Shown: positions 1-11,800 of the stretch, piece after piece
How the letters are laid out: each line of letters opens with the position of its first letter
Numbering within the stretch: the first letter of the stretch is position 1
Assembly: GCF_963921235.1 (NCBI RefSeq)
Contig: NC_086097.1
Span: 141,548,001-141,612,000 of the forward strand
Direction: 5' to 3'
Source: Mobula hypostoma
Taxonomy: Eukaryota
DNA: 64,000 nucleotides
Notes under the pieces: model-generated
What the model was told of the DNA's origin: nothing
The model's input: the letters and a program-made list of their open reading frames with translations, nothing else
Databases searched by the model: none
Position numbers and translations under genes: made by a program

Positions 1-640
1 TTGTCTTGTCTGGCCCTTGCCTCCATGGGGGTAAGTCTGGCCGTCTTGCCATTGCCCCGCGGGGAGTCATGTCTTGTCCTGTCCTGGCCTCCGTGGGGTA
101 AGTCAGGCCGTCTTGCCGTTGCCCCGCGGAGGGTCATGAGTCCCGACCCTATGTCCAGTACCCAAGGAGGGGTCCCGGCTCTCTGTTCTGTGTGTGAGTC
201 CCGGCCCTATGTCCTGTACCCAAGGAGGGGTCCCAACTCTGTGTTCTGTGTATGTGTCCATGGTTCCATGTACCTGCTCTCCCGAGATTGAGGCTCAGTA
301 TTCTCATGTTCCTCCTCTCCCTAGCCCATGTCATGTCCATGCCTGGTTCTGGGGTCCGAGCCTGAGGCAAGACCCAAGTACTGGGTCCTTGCCCAGTCTC
401 GGGCTCGGAGTCCATACCCTAGCCTCTTCATGCCTCCTCTAGTTCTGGGAGCCGATTCTGAGTCCTAGCCCAGACCCTTGGTCCCAGCCTAGTCGTAGTC
501 CTCAGTCCTTGTCCAGTTCGCTACTCCTGCTCCTGCCTAGCTCTCCTGATATCAAACAATAAACTAAATTTAATTAACCTCACAAGATGAGTCTTGCATT
601 TGGGTCCACCCTTGCTCCCAATGCCCCCGCCATTGTGATA
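1..640 (+). mobile_element. 3' part of an LTR (probably Ty3/Gypsy-type, solo or 3' LTR) with internal GC-rich tandem duplications
   Basis: Two ~66-bp repeats (about 1-135) and two ~58-bp repeats (about 137-252). AATAAA at 558-563, then TTGCATTTGGGTCC and a terminal TGTGATA at 634-640, resembling the TGCATTTGGGTCC...TGTGACA ends of fish Gypsy LTRs. No PBS follows. Confidence 0.45.
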
Positions 641-924
641 ACTTTACTTAATACACTGAATAAATTACACCTATTATAGATCTTTAACACTATGGCAGCC
701 AATGTTAGGAAAGGTAAAATCTCCAACAAAGACAGCCCTACCATTTTCACAATCTTCCCTTTGCCCAGTGAATTTCTTCCTTTTATTCCACCAAAAAGTA
801 TGATTACCTCACAAAGGTAATCATCCCTTTCCTATTTATCCGTTCCACACATAAAGCCTCATCAGATGATCTTTCAATAGTGTCATCTCTAACTTCTGCT
901 ATGATGTTCCTCTTAATCATAAAG

Positions 925-3900
925 ACTATAAGACCATAAGATATAGCAGCAGAATAGGCCATTTGACCCATCGAGTCTATCCAACATTTCATCATGGCTG
1001 ATCCAATTTTCCTCTCAGCCCTAATCTTCTGCCTTCTCCCCACATCCCTTCATACCCTGACCAATCAAGAATCCATCAAACTTTGACTTAAATATGCATA
1101 AAGACTTGGATTTGACTGCTGCCTGTGGCAAAGAATTCCACAGATTCTCTACTCTCTGGCTAAAGAAATTCCTCCTCATCTCTGTTATAAAAGGATGCCC
1201 CTCTATTCTGAAGCTCTGTTCTCTGGTCTTAGATTCTTCCACAATAGGAAACATTCTCTCCACATCCACCCTATCAAGGCCTTTCACCAGTCAATTGGTT
1301 TCAATGAAGTCACCCCTCATTCTTCTGAATTCTAGTGAATACAGGTTGCAAGCCATCAACAGTCTTCATATGACAAGCCTTTCAATCCTGGAATGATTTT
1401 TTTGAACCTTCTTCAGTTTTAGCACATCCTTTCAAAGATAACGGGCCCAAACCTGCTCACGATACTCCAAATGTGGCCTTGCCAGTGCTTTATAAAGTTT
1501 CAACATTATATCCTTGCTTTTATATTCTAGTCCTCTTGAAATGATTGCTAGCATTGCATTTTCCTTCCTCACCACAGACTCAACCTGCAAATTAACCTTT
1601 AGGAAATCCTGCACAAGGACTCCCTCAGCCCTTTGCACCTCAGTTTTTTGTATTTTCTCTCCATTTAGAAAATAGACAACCCTTTCATTTCTTCTATCAA
1701 AGTGCATGACCATACATTTCTTAACACTGTATTCCAACTGCCATTTCTTTGCCCATTCTCCTAATCTGTTGATGTCCCTCTGTAGCCTCTCTACTTCCCC
1801 AGAACTACCTGCCCATCACCTATCTTCATATCGTCTGCAAACTTTGCAACAAAGCCATAAATTCCATCATCCAAATCATTGACATAAAAAGAATTGGTCC
1901 CACCACAGACCCCTGTGGAGCATCACTAGTCACCTCTTTCAGAACTCTGGGTGTACACCATCTGGTCCAGGTGACTTATCTACCTTCAGACCTTTCAGTT
2001 TCCCAAGAACCTTCTCTCTAGTTATGGTAACTTCACACACTTCAAGCCCCCTGACAGCTGGAACTTTCACCATAATGCTAGTGTCTTCTACAGTGGAGAC
2101 TGATGCAAAATACTTATTCAGTTCATCCGCTATTATGTTGTCCCCCATTAACACCTCTCCAGCATCATTTTTCAGCGGTCTGATATCCATGCTTGCTTCT
2201 CTTTTACACTTTATGTATCTGAAGAACCTTTTGGTATCCTCTTTAATATTACTTTCATATTCCATCTTTACCTTCTTAATAACTTTTTAGTTGCCTTCTG
2301 TTGGTTTTTAAAAGCTTCCCAATCCTCTAACCTCCCACTAATTTTTGCTCTATTATCTGCTTTCTCTTTGGCTTTTATGTTGGGTTTGACTTCTCTTGTT
2401 AGCCACAGTTGTGTCTTCTTTCCTTGATAATACGTCTTCCTCTTTGGGATGTATATATCCTGAACCTTCTGAATTGCTTCCAGAAATTCCAGCCATTGCT
2501 GCTCTGCCATCATCCCTGCCAGTGTTCTTTCCCAATTAATTCTAGCCATCTTCTCTCTCATGGCTCTGTAATTCCCTTTACTCCATGTAATACTGATACA
2601 TCTGACTTTAGCTTTTCTTTCTCCAATTTCAGGGTGAATTTGATCATATTATAATCACATTCCCCTAAAGGTTCTTATACCTTAAGCTCTCTAAATCAAT
2701 TTTGGTTCATTGTGCAACATCCAATCCAGAATAGCTGATCCCCTAGGGGGCACAACCACTAGCTGCTCTAAAAAGCTATCTCATAGGTACTCCAGAAATC
2801 CCCCCTCCTGTAATCCAGCACCAACGTGATTTTCCCATTCTACCTGCATATTGAAGTCCCCCATGACTATTGTAACATTGCCCATTTGGCATGCATTTTC
2901 TATCTGTCACTGTATTTTGTAGGCAACATCCTTACTACTGTTTGAGGATCTGTATATAACTCCCATCAGGGTCTTTTTGCCTTGCAGCTCTATCCACAAT
3001 GATTCAATACCTTCTGACCCTATGTCATCTCTTTTTAATTAGTTAATTTCCTTTTTTACCAAAAGGGCAACACAACCCTCTCTAGCTTCCTGCCTATCCT
3101 TGACATTAAGGATATAATCTTTCCGCCATGATTCAGTGATATCTACAACATCATACTTGCCAATCTGCCACTGTGCTGCAAGCTCAGCTACCTTATTTTG
3201 TATACTGCGCACATTCAGATACAACACCTTCGGTCCTGTATTCACCCTTTTCGATATTGTCTGCCTTTTACATTGCAACTTATTCTGTTGACTGCAATTT
3301 TGCCCTATCAATAGCCTCTCCTCACTACACATTGCCTCTGTTTGTAAACCAGCTACCTCCTCTTCAGCACTATTATCTACCTTTCCTACAATACTTTTTG
3401 CATTTAAATATGGGCAGCTTAGGACATCTGTTGCACCATGCTCAACCTTTTGACTCCTTTGTCTGAAGTCTTACCAACATCTGCCTCCACAACCATCCTG
3501 ACACTCTGGTTCCTATACCCCTGCAATTCTAGTTTAAACTCCAGTATGCAGCATTAAAAAACCTTCTTGCCTGGATATTAGACTCCTCCAGTCAGGTGTA
3601 AACTATCCCTTCTGCACAGTTCCCACCTTCCTTGGAAGAGAGATCAACTCCTTAGCCACGTATTAAACTGTTTAGTCTTCCTAGTTACGGCCTCACTAGC
3701 ACATGGCATAGATAGCAATCCTGAAATCACAACCCTGGAGGTCCTGCCCTTTAACTTAGCACCTAACTCTCTAAATTCCCTTTGCAGAACCTCGTCACTC
3801 ATCCTACCTACATAGACCACAATTTCTGCCTATTCACCCTCCCACTTAAGAATGCTGAGGACTCAATCCGAGCTATCCCAGACTCTGGCACCCAAGAAGC

Positions 3901-4510
3901 AACATACTATCCAGGAATCTCATTCCCACCCACAGAACCTCCTGTCCATTTCCCTATCTAATGAATCCCCTATCACCACAGTGTGCCTTTTCTTCCCCCT
4001 TCTCTTCTCAGTCACAGAGGCAGGCTCAATGCCAGAGATTGTGACTTTCCTCTGTTAAGTCATCCCCTCAGTATCCAAAGTGATATACCTGTTGTTGAAG
4101 GGATTGGCCACAGGGGTGCTCTGCATTGGCTTCTTAACCCCTTTCCCCTTCCTGTCACCCGGTTTCCTGCATCCTGCACCTTGGGTGTAACTACCTCTCT
4201 ATATGTCCTATCTATCACCCCCTTCAGCCTCCCAAATGATCTGGAGTTCATCCAGTTCTGACTCCAACTTCATTGAAGCTGCAAATGGATGCACTTCTTG
4301 CAGTTGTAGTCGTCAGGGTCACTGGAGATCTCCCTGTCTTCCCACATCTCGCAAGAAGAGCATTTCGCTATCCTGCCTGTCATCCCTACTGTCCTAGCTA
4401 AGCAGATATAAAGAAGGAAAAAACTTGAGCTTTTCTTTCCTTTGTTTTCTCTGAGTGAAGCCTCTTTTCGCAGAACCCTCAAAGAATTAATGCCTTAAGA
4501 TCACCACTCT
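925..4510 (-). mobile_element. CR1 LINE, near full length, decayed, with an internal deletion in the RT
   Basis: 3' microsatellite tail near 926. ORF2 fragments 1021-1287 (FFSQRV..LWNSLP), 1432-1737 (RPHLEY), 1939-2265 (KSPGPDG) and 3039-3332 (LYLNVRSI, endonuclease start). ORF1 zinc-finger start CSSCEMWE..CKKC at 4270-4482. Sequence jumps from PQGS to PGPD near 1935. Confidence 0.92.
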
Positions 4511-4589
4511 GATTAACTCCATTGAGACAATGGCTGCTGTACTTGCCCCTGCCTTCCTTTAATTTGCTCTTACTAATCAATCCCAAACA

Positions 4590-4840
4590 CTGACTGGTTG
4601 CTGGTCAAATTTCTATTATGCTGCCATGACCTGCTCCTGCCTTTTATGCTCAGGCAGTGGACCTGATTAAAGCCCCCTCCTCTCCAAACTTCCGATGTCC
4701 AGATTGGCTGGTGGTCAAAGTTCTATTACACTACCAAGACCCGCTCCTGTCTTTTATCCTCAGACAGTGGACCTGATTGAAGTCCCATCCTCTCCAAACT
4801 TCTGTCCAGATTGACTGCTGGTGAAAGCTCTATTAGAGCA
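4590..4840. repeat. ~118-bp tandem repeat (about 2.2 copies) at the 5' end of the CR1
   Basis: GCTGGTCAAA..CTATTA..GACC(T/C)GCTCCTG..TTTTAT..CAGTGGACCTGATT..CCTCTCCAAACTT..GTCCAGATTG repeats directly. Confidence 0.7.
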
Positions 4841-4869
4841 ACTCTTTCTTCTCTCTTCCCTCCCCCTTA

Positions 4870-5550
4870 TCTCACTAAAAGCACTTGTATCACAGAACAT
4901 TAAGTTGCCACCCCTGATCTTCACTTAGCTATATTGTCATAATTTCTATAATAACCCAATCCCATAGGCCTATCCATGCCCTAAATTCATCTGCCATACC
5001 TGTCGGACCTCTTGAATTGAAATAAATATAATTTAATTCAAACGATTTTCCTTGCACTATGCTGTGCTTCTTCCCGTTTGATTTGCTTTCACTGCCTTCT
5101 CCATCACTATCGTACCTTTTAAAAAATTTTAATTGCCTAACTTCTGCTTAGGTTCCCTACCCCCTACCCATTTAATTTAAATCCTCCCACAAAGCGCTAA
5201 CATATCTGCCTCCAAGGATATTGACTCCTTTCCAGTTTGGGTGTAACCTGTCCCTCCTGAACAGGTCACCCCTGCCCCAGAAGAGATCCCAATGGTCCAA
5301 AAATCTGAATCTCCACCCATGCATCAATTTTTCAGTCTGCCATAGCCTACTATTCTTCCCTTCACTATCCCATGGTAACAATCTAGACATTACTACCCTT
5401 GAGGTTCTGCTTCTTAACTTTGTCCTTAACTCCCTATATTCATTCTGGAGAACCTCATCCTATTTCTACCTTTGTTATTTGTGCCAACATGCACAGCAAC
5501 TTCTGGCTGGTCAAACTCCCCTTTAGAATGTTCTGCAGCCACTCAAAGAC
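4870..5550 (-). mobile_element. CR1 fragment (ORF1 esterase end and ORF2 start)
   Basis: ORF 5172-5390: FRFLDHWDLFWGRGDLFRRDRLHPNWKG, the SGNH-esterase-like C-terminus of CR1 ORF1. Confidence 0.8.
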
Positions 5551-7149
5551 ATCCCCATAATAGATTAGATAAATTTAATTTGCCTTTCATAAATCCATGT
5601 TGACTCAATTACAAGATTGTTTTCTTGATGTTAGATCACATTTTTCATTACTGATTTCAAAACTATTGCCAGTATTGATGTAATCAAAACATGTTAATAT
5701 TTTATTGTCTTTTCTTCATTTCTTAGAAAGTGAAGACACACACATTTACCATACACCACTATTTCAAAACTGTGATATAGATCATCATGTCCTTAGGAAT
5801 TATCAATAATCAGCCTCATCAACTTCTTCATTGCATTTTTTTAAACTAAAACTTAGCAATTTTCCTTCCTCACTTTCACTAGACTCCTGCTTCTCAATTT
5901 TTTCTGAAAGTAACTTTTTGTCTTATTCCTTAACAGTATATATATTTTTAAATCCTTTTACCATTTCCTTATTCTCCCATCTGTTTCAAATGATACCTTC
6001 ATGAACAACAAAAACCATCAGTATAATCATCAGCTTTTCCACCATTTGCTACTTTAAGCTTGCTACTGCTTGCTACTTTTTGATAAATATAAGAGAAACC
6101 TCTATTTATATAGCGCATGGAATACAGAAAAAAATGTTCCACAAATATTACATCAAACATTTGACACCAAGCCAAAAAAGAGATATTAGGGCAGTTCACA
6201 AAAATCTAGATCATGAAGTTACATTTATGTCATGTCTTTAAAGGAGGTGAGATATTTAGGGATAGGATATTAGTGTTTAGAGCCAAGGAAATTGAAGGGA
6301 TATCATCAAAAGTGCAGCAAATAATACAGGGGATATGAAGATGGATAAAATTGCAGGATTGCAGAGATCTCAGCAAAGTGTGGAACTGAGGGAAACTACA
6401 GAGACCATGGAGATATCTGAATGAAAAGATATTTTTAAAATTGAGAAATAACCTAATCAAGAACTTGGTGTAAGTTTCGATGCACAAGCATTTCAGTCTG
6501 GAGGAGAAATTGCATAAGCTGTTTTCCTTGGAACAGAGGAGGTTGAGGTGGGCGGGGGGGGGGAACCTCACAGAATTATATAATATTGTGAGTGACATAG
6601 AGAGGTAGCTAGCAGGAAACATATACCCAAAGTAGACGTATCAAAACTGAGAAGGCCTATTTTTAGAGGGGATCAGAGGAAGAATTTTTTCACCTTGGGC
6701 TGGAATGAGAAAGGTGGACACAGTTAATCCCTTAACTGTAAACAGATGAGCAGTCCATATCAACAGATAAATAGTGTAAATGAGCAGTTAAATTGTCAAA
6801 GTGAAGAAGGCTATGTACCAAGCACTGTTAAAAGGAATGAGAAGAAATATGTTCTTGATGATCAGCATGGGTAAGGTGGAATAAATGACTTGTATATGTG
6901 ATGCATGATTTCTGAGCATATATAAGCAGTAAGCTTCAAGATTGGGAAAGGTACAGAATTGAGCAAAGCAGAACAAGCTATTGATAAAGAAAAGGAAGGT
7001 AGAATATGAGAAGGTGCTAACAACAAACATGAAAACAGACTAAGAATTTCTACAGATAAAAACAGTAAAGGATTAGCATGTTATTATGGGTCCTTTACAG
7101 ACTAAAGCAGTATAATTTTTTTGTGAAGTAAGGAAATGACAGAGAAATT

Positions 7150-8505
7150 ATAGTCATAGTCATAGTCATACTTTATTGATCCCGAGGAAAATTGGTTTCC
7201 ATTACAGTTGCACCATAAGTAACTAAATAGTAATAAAACCATAAATAGTTAAATAGTAATATGTAAATTATGCCAAGAAATAAGTCCAGGACCAGCCTAT
7301 TGGCTCAGGGTGTCTGACCCTCCAAGGGAGGAGTTGTACAGTTTGATGGCCACAGGCAGGAATGGCTTCCTATGACGCTCTGTGTTGCATCTTGGTGGAA
7401 TGAGTCTCTGGCTGAATGTACTCCTGTGCCCAACCAGTACATTATGTAGTGGATGGGAGACATTGTCCAAGATGGCATGCAACTTGGACAGCATCCTCTT
7501 TTCAGACACTATCGTCAGAGAGTCCAGTTCCATCCCCACAACATCACTGGCCTTACGAATTAGTTTGTTGATTCTGTTGGTGTCTGCTACCCTCAGCCTG
7601 CTGCCCCAGCACACAACAGCAAACATGATAGCACTGGCCACCACAGACTCGTAGAACATCTTCAGCATCGTCCGGCAGATGTTAAAGGACCTCAGTCTCC
7701 TCAGGAAATAGAGGCGGCTCTGACCCTTCTTGTAGACAGCCTCAGTGTTCTTTGACCAGTCCAGCTTATTGTCAATTCGTATCCCCAGGTATTTGTAATC
7801 CTCCACCATGTCCACACTGACCCCCTGGATGGAAACAGGGGTCACCGGTACCTTAGCTCTCCTCAGGTCTACCACCAGCTCCTTAGTCTTTTTCACATTA
7901 AGCTGCAGATAATTCTGCTCACACCATGTGACAAAGTTTCCTACCGTAGCCCTGTACTTAGCCTCATCTCCCTTGCTGATGCATCCAACTATGGCAGAGT
8001 CATCAGAAAACTTCTGAAGATGACAAGACTCTGTGCAGTAGTTGAAGTCCAAGGTGTAAATGGTGAAGAGAAAGGGAGGCAAGACAGTCCTCTGTGGAGC
8101 CCCAGTGCTGCTAATCACTCTGTTGGACACACAGTGTTGCAAGCACAGGTACTGTGGTCTGCCAGTCAGGTAATCAAGAATCCATGACACCAGGAAAGCA
8201 TCCACCTGCATCGCCGTCAGCTTCTCCCCCAGCAGAGCAGGGTGGATGGTGTTGAACGCACTGGAGAAGTCAAAAAACATGACCCTCACAGTGCTCGCTG
8301 GCTTGTCCAGGTGGACGTAGACATGGCTCAGTGGTAGACAATGGCATCCTCAACTCCTAGTCGGGGCTGGTAGGCGAACTGGAGGGGATCTAAGTGTGGC
8401 CTGACCATAGGCCGGAGCAGCTCCAGAACAAGTCTCTCCAGGGTCTTCATGATGTGGGAGGTCAATGCCACCGGTCTGTAGTCATTGAGGCCGCTGGGGC
8501 GTGTG
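7150..8505 (-). mobile_element. Rex1/Babar-type LINE, 5'-truncated
   Basis: ORF 8328-8570 (LNDYRPVALTSHIMKTLERLVL..LDPLQFAY) and ORF 7297-8289 (FFDFSSAFNTI, GAPQ, KFSDD, LNVKKTKELVVD). (ATAGTC)n tail at about 7150-7170. Confidence 0.9.
7297..8289 (-). CDS. Reverse transcriptase ORF remnant (330 aa uninterrupted) of the Rex1-type LINE
   Basis: Non-LTR RT motifs DFSSAFNT, PQ, FSDD and YKYLG. Confidence 0.85.
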   Translation of the reverse strand: MRVMFFDFSSAFNTIHPALLGEKLTAMQVDAFLVSWILDYLTGRPQYLCLQHCVSNRVISSTGAPQRTVLPPFLFTIYTLDFNYCTESCHLQKFSDDSAIVGCISKGDEAKYRATVGNFVTWCEQNYLQLNVKKTKELVVDLRRAKVPVTPVSIQGVSVDMVEDYKYLGIRIDNKLDWSKNTEAVYKKGQSRLYFLRRLRSFNICRTMLKMFYESVVASAIMFAVVCWGSRLRVADTNRINKLIRKASDVVGMELDSLTIVSEKRMLSKLHAILDNVSHPLHNVLVGHRSTFSQRLIPPRCNTERHRKPFLPVAIKLYNSSLGGSDTLSQ

Positions 8506-8859
8506 TCTTTGTTTATGTATTTCTGAAATAGTTTATGTATTTCTTGTAGAGATAAAGAATTATACAGCATGGAAACAGGCCCTTCTTCTCAACCATGCTC
8601 ACCACAGTGACTACCTGAGCTAATTGCATTTACCTGAGTTTCACCATATGCTTCCAAACCTTTTCTATCCATGAACCTGTCCAAATGGCTTTTAAACATT
8701 GTAACTGTACTTACCTCTACCACTTGCCCAACAGCCCTGCTCTCCTTTCACCTTAAAGCTTTACCCTCCAACTGTAGACTCCACTACCCTGGAAAAAAAG
8801 GCTGTGACCATCCATGTAATCTACGATCCTCATAACTTTAGAAACCTTTGTATGGGTTT

Positions 8860-11800
8860 AACTAAGGTTTAAAATTAATTTGCAGGGTGGTGGGAACCGT
8901 AGTGAAGAGGCAGAGGATGGAGCGGTTGGCGCACAGGTAAAGACAGCTTGGTGGGAGTTTGTGAGGAAGGATAAGCGAATGATAGAGCAAAGATGCACTC
9001 AGCCTGATGGTTTGAGATGTGTTGATTTTAATGCAAGGAGTATCATAAGCAAGGCGGACAAACTTGGAGAGCGTGGATCAATATGTGGGAATATAATACT
9101 TTGGCCACTACAGAGTCTTGGATGTCTCGGGCAGGAGTGTTCCGGACTTTAGATATTTCAAAAAGGACAGGGAGGGAGGTAAAAAAGATGGGGCCGTGGC
9201 ATTGATAAACAGGGATAGTATCGCGGCTGCAGAAAAGGAGGAAGTCATGGAGGGATTTCTACAGAGTCAGTGTAGGTGGAAGTCAAAAACAGGAAGGGGG
9301 CAGTAACTCTACTGAATGTTTTTTATAGACCCCCCCTGCAACAGTAACAGAGACATCTAGGAGCAGATAGGGAGGCAGATTCTGGAACAGTGCAATAATA
9401 ATAGGGTTGTTGTGATGGGTGATTTTAACTTGCCTAATATTAACTGGTATCTCTTTAGAGCAAGGGGTTTGGATGGGTGGAGTTTATTAGGCATGTTCAG
9501 GAAGGTATCCTGATGCAATATATAGATAAGCCAACGAGAGCAGAGGTTGTACTTCATCTGGTATTGGGAAATGAACCTGGTCAAGTATCAGACCTCTCAG
9601 TGGGAGAGCATTTTGGAGATACTGATCACAACTTTATCTCCTTTACCATAGCGCTGGAGAGGGATAGCAGCAGACAATTTGGGAAACCATTTAATTGGGG
9701 TAGGGAGAAATATGATGCTATTAGGCAGAAACTTGTGAGCAGAAGTTCTCAGGGAAATGCACAGCAGAAATGTAGCAAATGTTACAAGGTTGCCAGGAAA
9801 GAGCGTAAGAATGAAATTAGGAGAGCTAAAAGGTACCATGAGAAGGCCTTGGTGAGCAGGATTAAGGAAAACCCCAAGGCATTCTACAAATACGTGAAGA
9901 GCAAAGGATGAGCCACATGAGAATAGGACCAATCAGATGCGATAGTGGAAACATGTGCATGGAGTCGGAGGAAGTAGTGGAGGTACTTAATGAATACTTC
10001 GCTTCAGTATTCACTCTGGAAAAGGATCTTGGCAATTGTGGAGATGACTTACAGTGGATTGAGACACTTGAGCATATAGATATTAAGAAAGAAGATATGC
10101 TGGAGCTTTTGAAAAGCATTAAGTTAGATCAGTCACTGGGTCCAGATGAGATACACCCCAGGCTACTGTGGGAAGCAAGAGAGGAGACTGCTGAGCCTTT
10201 GGTGATGATCTTTGCATCATCAGTAAGGACATGAGTATTGACCAGAGGACTGGAGGGTTCTAAGTGTTGTTCCCTTGTTTGAGAAAGGGAGTAGATATAA
10301 CCCAGGAAATTATAGACCAGTGAGTCTTACTTCAGTAGTGGAAGAGTTGTTGGAGAAGATCCTGAGAGGCAGGATTTACGAGCATTTGGGATAGTCAACA
10401 TGGCTTTGTCAAGGGCAGGTCATTCCTTATGAGCCAGACAGAATTCTTTGAGGATGTAAAAAACCACATTGATGAAGGTAGATGTAGAGTATATGGATTT
10501 CAGTAAGGCATTTGATAAGATTCCCCATGCAAGGCTCATTCAGAAAGTAAAGAGACATGGGATCCAAGGAGACCTTGCTTTGTGGATCGAGAATTGGTTT
10601 GCCCACATAAGGCAAAGGGTGGTTGTAGATGGTTCGTATTCTGCATGGAGGTTGGTAACCAGTGGTATTCCACAGGGATCTGTTCTGGGAACCCTCCTCT
10701 TTTTGATTTTTATAAATGACCTGGATGAGGAAGTAGATGAGTGGGCTAGTAAGTTTACTGATGACACAAAAGTTGGGGGTGGTGTGGATAATCTGGAGGG
10801 TTGTCAGAGGTTACAGTAGGACATCGAAAGGATGCAGAACTGAGCTGAGAAGTGGCAGATAGAGTTCAAGCCAGATAAGTGTGAAGTGGTTCATCTCGGT
10901 AGGTCAAATTTAAAGCAGAATATAATATTAATGGTAAGACATGGCAGTGTAGAGGATCAGTGAGATCTTAAGGAAGTGTATGGTATGTTGGCCTTCATCC
11001 ACCGTGGGATTGAGTTCAAGAGCTGTGAGCTAATGTTACAGCTATTTAAGACCTTAGTTAGAACATAGAACATAGAATAGTACAGTACATTACAGGACCT
11101 TCGGCCCACAATGTTGTGCCGACCCTCAAACCCTGCCTCCCATATAACCCCCCACCTTAAATTCCACCATATACCTGTCTAGCAGTCTCTTAAACTTCAC
11201 GAGTGTATCTGCCTCCACCACTGACTCAGGCAGTGCATTCCACGCACCAACCACTCTCTGAGTAGAAAACCTTCCTCTAATATCCCCCTCGAACTTCCAA
11301 ACCCTTACCTTAAAGCCATGTCCTCTTGTATTGAGCAGTGGTGCCCTGGGGAAGAGGTGCTGGCTATCCATTCTATCTATTCCTCTATTATCTTGTACAC
11401 CTATATCATATCTCCTCTCATCTTCCTTCTCTCCAAAGAGCAAAGCCTTATTCTCTGATCATAATCCATACTCTCTAAACCAGGCAGCATCCTGGTAAAC
11501 CTCCTCTGTACCCTTTCCAATGCTTCCACATCCTTCCTATAGTGAGGCGACCAGAAATGAACACAGTACTCCAAGTGTGGCCTAACCAGAGTTTTATAGA
11601 GCTGCATCATTACATCGCAACTCTTAAACTCTATCCCTCGACTTATGAAAGCTAACACCCCATAAGCTTTCTTAACTACCCTATCTACCTGTGATGCAAC
11701 TTTCAGGGATCTGTGGACATGTACCCCCAGATCCCTCTGCTCCTCCACACTACCAAGTATCCTGCCATTTACTTTGTACTCTGCCTTGGAGTTTGTCCTT

